Below are positions 61,275 through 64,000 of a stretch of DNA of 64,000 nt, piece by piece (the stretch's first letter is position 1; every line of letters starts with the position of its first letter). Made by a program: the position numbers and the translations under genes. The notes beneath the pieces are model-generated. The model did not search any database, was not told where the DNA came from, and worked only from the letters and a program-made list of their open reading frames with translations. The stretch lies in the NCBI GenBank assembly GCA_964252035.1, contig OZ176207.1; one strand, given 5' to 3'. The stretch comes from Podarcis erhardii. Lineage: Eukaryota.

Positions 61275-64000
61275 GTTGCTCTCTAAGGTACTACTGGACA
61301 ATTTTTTAATTTATTTCGACTGTGTCAGACCAACACGGCTACCTACCTGAATCTTCTCCAGTCATGATTATCATACACCTGGAATTAGTACATGTCTCCT
61401 AGCATAGGTTCAAAGTAGGTGCTACATCGGATATCCATGATTGGACCTTCTCATGGAAGTTTTTTCTTCTAAAAGCAGCTGTGGAGGAGGGAGGAAGAGC
61501 TAGCCCTGTCTTCCACACTGTAGCCCCAGTTAAAATCAGTGCCCCCTTCCCCTGAGTCTCTATTAGCAGCAAAGCGAGAAAGCATAAATGTATCCTTCAT
61601 GCCTATATATTTTACACTCTGCAGCTAATAGTAACTTTTTTGAGGTGGGTAATATGGATTCGGGCCATAGTAATGAGACCTTCCCTCATCTGTCCTTATT
61701 CAAATCCCCCCTCCAGGACTACTTTCAGGGAAAGAAAATTATGGGGAGATCCCATGTAACTTCACTAGATGTTAGTGTCACTTTTAGACTTCAGCACTAC
61801 CAACATTCTGCATATATGATGCTTCATGCACATAAACCCACATTCCTGTGTTAGACACATTCAAAAAAATGTAAGGGTTACAACTTGCCCTATGTGTGTT
61901 TGTATAGGACACACACAGGGACACATAAAAGGGGGCTAATATAATAAACTTTAACCACATTTAAACAAAAAAATAATAATCGCATGAGTGCTTAACTTGA
62001 AAGGTTTACTTCTTTGAAGAAGCAGCTACTGATGATTTTGTTCTGAATAATTTGCATTCCATCTTATGAGTAATCTATTTGATAGACTCTTATCTTCTGG
62101 CATGTATATTTCCTGAAATAATTTATCTTATACCCTCATAGTAAACCTAACCTACAAGATACATAATATTATTTTATTTAAAATAAAGTGGAAAGAACAC
62201 TGTTGAAATGTAGCTTTACTGGCAACTTTCCAACTGTATTATTGGCTTCTGGGGTCTAAAACTCATGGTAAGGCAGATCAATTAATCACCACTTGAGTAA
62301 GTCAGGCCTCTATCCTTTCTGTTTTACTTTAGAGGTAAAGAGCCATATCTTTGTTCTAATTCTGTCTAGCATATTGTTGCCAGCAAACTGATAAATTTTA
62401 TGAAAACACTTTTACTAAGCTGCCGCTACTAAGGTCAGAACTCATTTTTGCCCCACATAAATTTCTCTTTCCATAAGCATAGCCTGCATGAAACAAGTCT
62501 TCAAAGGCAAGCTGCTCTATGATTACATCATCAAAATGGGACAAACTGTGATCCTATCAGTTGTTAACACTTGCAATATTCATGAATGGAATCCTGAAAG
62601 TTCAAGTAGTTAAACCTAAATAAAATTGTGATCTTTATCCTTCTTGACAGAAGCATTTATCAAATTATTAAGGGGGGTGGATGGGAAATGATTGCTAAAA
62701 GTTAGAGTGTGATCTATTGTGTGATTTTTATCAAGGTATGACTGTGTTACCAAGTGGAAGCTACTGTCGCTGAATGTCAAGTGAAGATATGAAATTTCAT
62801 AACATAAATAACTGATATTTAATTCTCAGTGGTTTGCTTAATTTCCTGAAATTAATTTCCTTTTGCCTTTATTTCATTCCATACACCCATTGGTTTTAAA
62901 AGTAAAAATGGCTGTGGTCATCCATGTGGTCAATACATTGCATATGCATTGATGAGGCAGTATTATGAACACAGTATAAAGATGAAAGTATCAAATATCA
63001 TGCTGGCCAATTTCATTTTACTCATGTTCTCTTTACCTGTAAGGCATTAAATCACACGAAGCATAGTAATTAACAGGGCGAATGGAACTAAGTCCATTGG
63101 GTACATGAAATAACAGTATACTTCATACCTTTGTGCAAAGCTGTTAAAGAATGGCTACAGGGTCCCTTTCTCAGCTGAATTCCGGTCTTCTCTTGTTGTA
63201 ATTTGATTGTCAGTTGTCAAGTGCAGAGCCCTGTACATTTTGAATGCTTTTGTTTATTTGTTTGTTTAAATACCAGCAGCTTACTTTTTAAAAACAAAAA
63301 CCTAAAAAACTAAAAGGCCTGGCCTTTTTAGGGGAGATACTGAAAATAGCTGCTGCTAGAGTAGCAGAATCTTGCTTGGGTTCCAAGCTACATAAAGTAG
63401 TATTTTTGATAGCTGAAATGCTTTATATAAAGAAAACAGTAAGCAGCAGCAGCAGCTCAGTTTCAAACAGGTTCGTTCTAGTAATAGCTATTAGTGTCAG
63501 TCTTTCAATTGCATGTCATATTGATTGGCAGAGAGTCCTTTTCTCTCTTGTGCAGAATAGTAATTTTAGCATGTGCTTGAAATAAATGCCTTTCTGTTTC
63601 TAAAGAAGGATGCTAGGTTTCATGCAGCCTATATAGATTACCTTAGACTTGTATTTCCCAAAAAATTAAGCTGTGTGAAGCTGATTGTTTTTATCCTTAC
63701 ATAGGGGTTTATTTGTTTTTTAGTGTTATTACCTGCTTTGCAAATGTCCACTATTGTCACCTGGTAGAAACCTTGCTAAGAAAATTGTCACCTGCAAGTG
63801 TCAGGCCTCTATCCGGGAAACATAAAGGAATTGCACAAGGTCCCAAATACATTTTTTTCCTTCGACTTTTGCTCCCAGTAGTACACCACAACAGAACTGA
63901 AGGGAACCTCAGCTAATAGCTCATTGTTTATCCTGTTAAGCCTCAGTGTCCATAGGAATTGCTACTCAGTAGAAGGTGGTAAGGGGCAAAAACAGCAAGC

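Overview
This is vertebrate (eukaryotic) genomic DNA, most likely from a squamate reptile and probably a lacertid lizard, judging by a full-length Sauria SINE, Squam3-like SINEs, squamate CR1/L2 tails and a Bov-B-type RTE tail. The whole window lies inside one + strand gene, ZNF407. Four internal coding exons are present: 20687-20853, 25630-25713, 37534-37654 and 60208-60386. They have canonical AG/GT sites, splice in frame and encode six C2H2 zinc fingers. The gene starts before and ends after the window. The rest is AT-rich intron containing SINEs, LINE fragments, DNA-transposon MITEs, solo LTRs and microsatellites. Eight N-runs of 140-356 bp (2033 bp in total) sit in unique, enhancer-like sequence rather than in repeats, two of them just upstream of exons. 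They may hide the most conserved elements of the locus. The most interesting leads are those masked blocks (including a branch-point/AG-like island between two of them), an RBFOX-motif cluster around the last exon, and frame-preserving exon combinations that would give stop-free circular RNAs. A Tc2-type MITE family built from nested hairpins is also notable. I see no RNA genes, CRISPR arrays or other protein-coding genes, and I cannot demonstrate a new biological system from the sequence alone.
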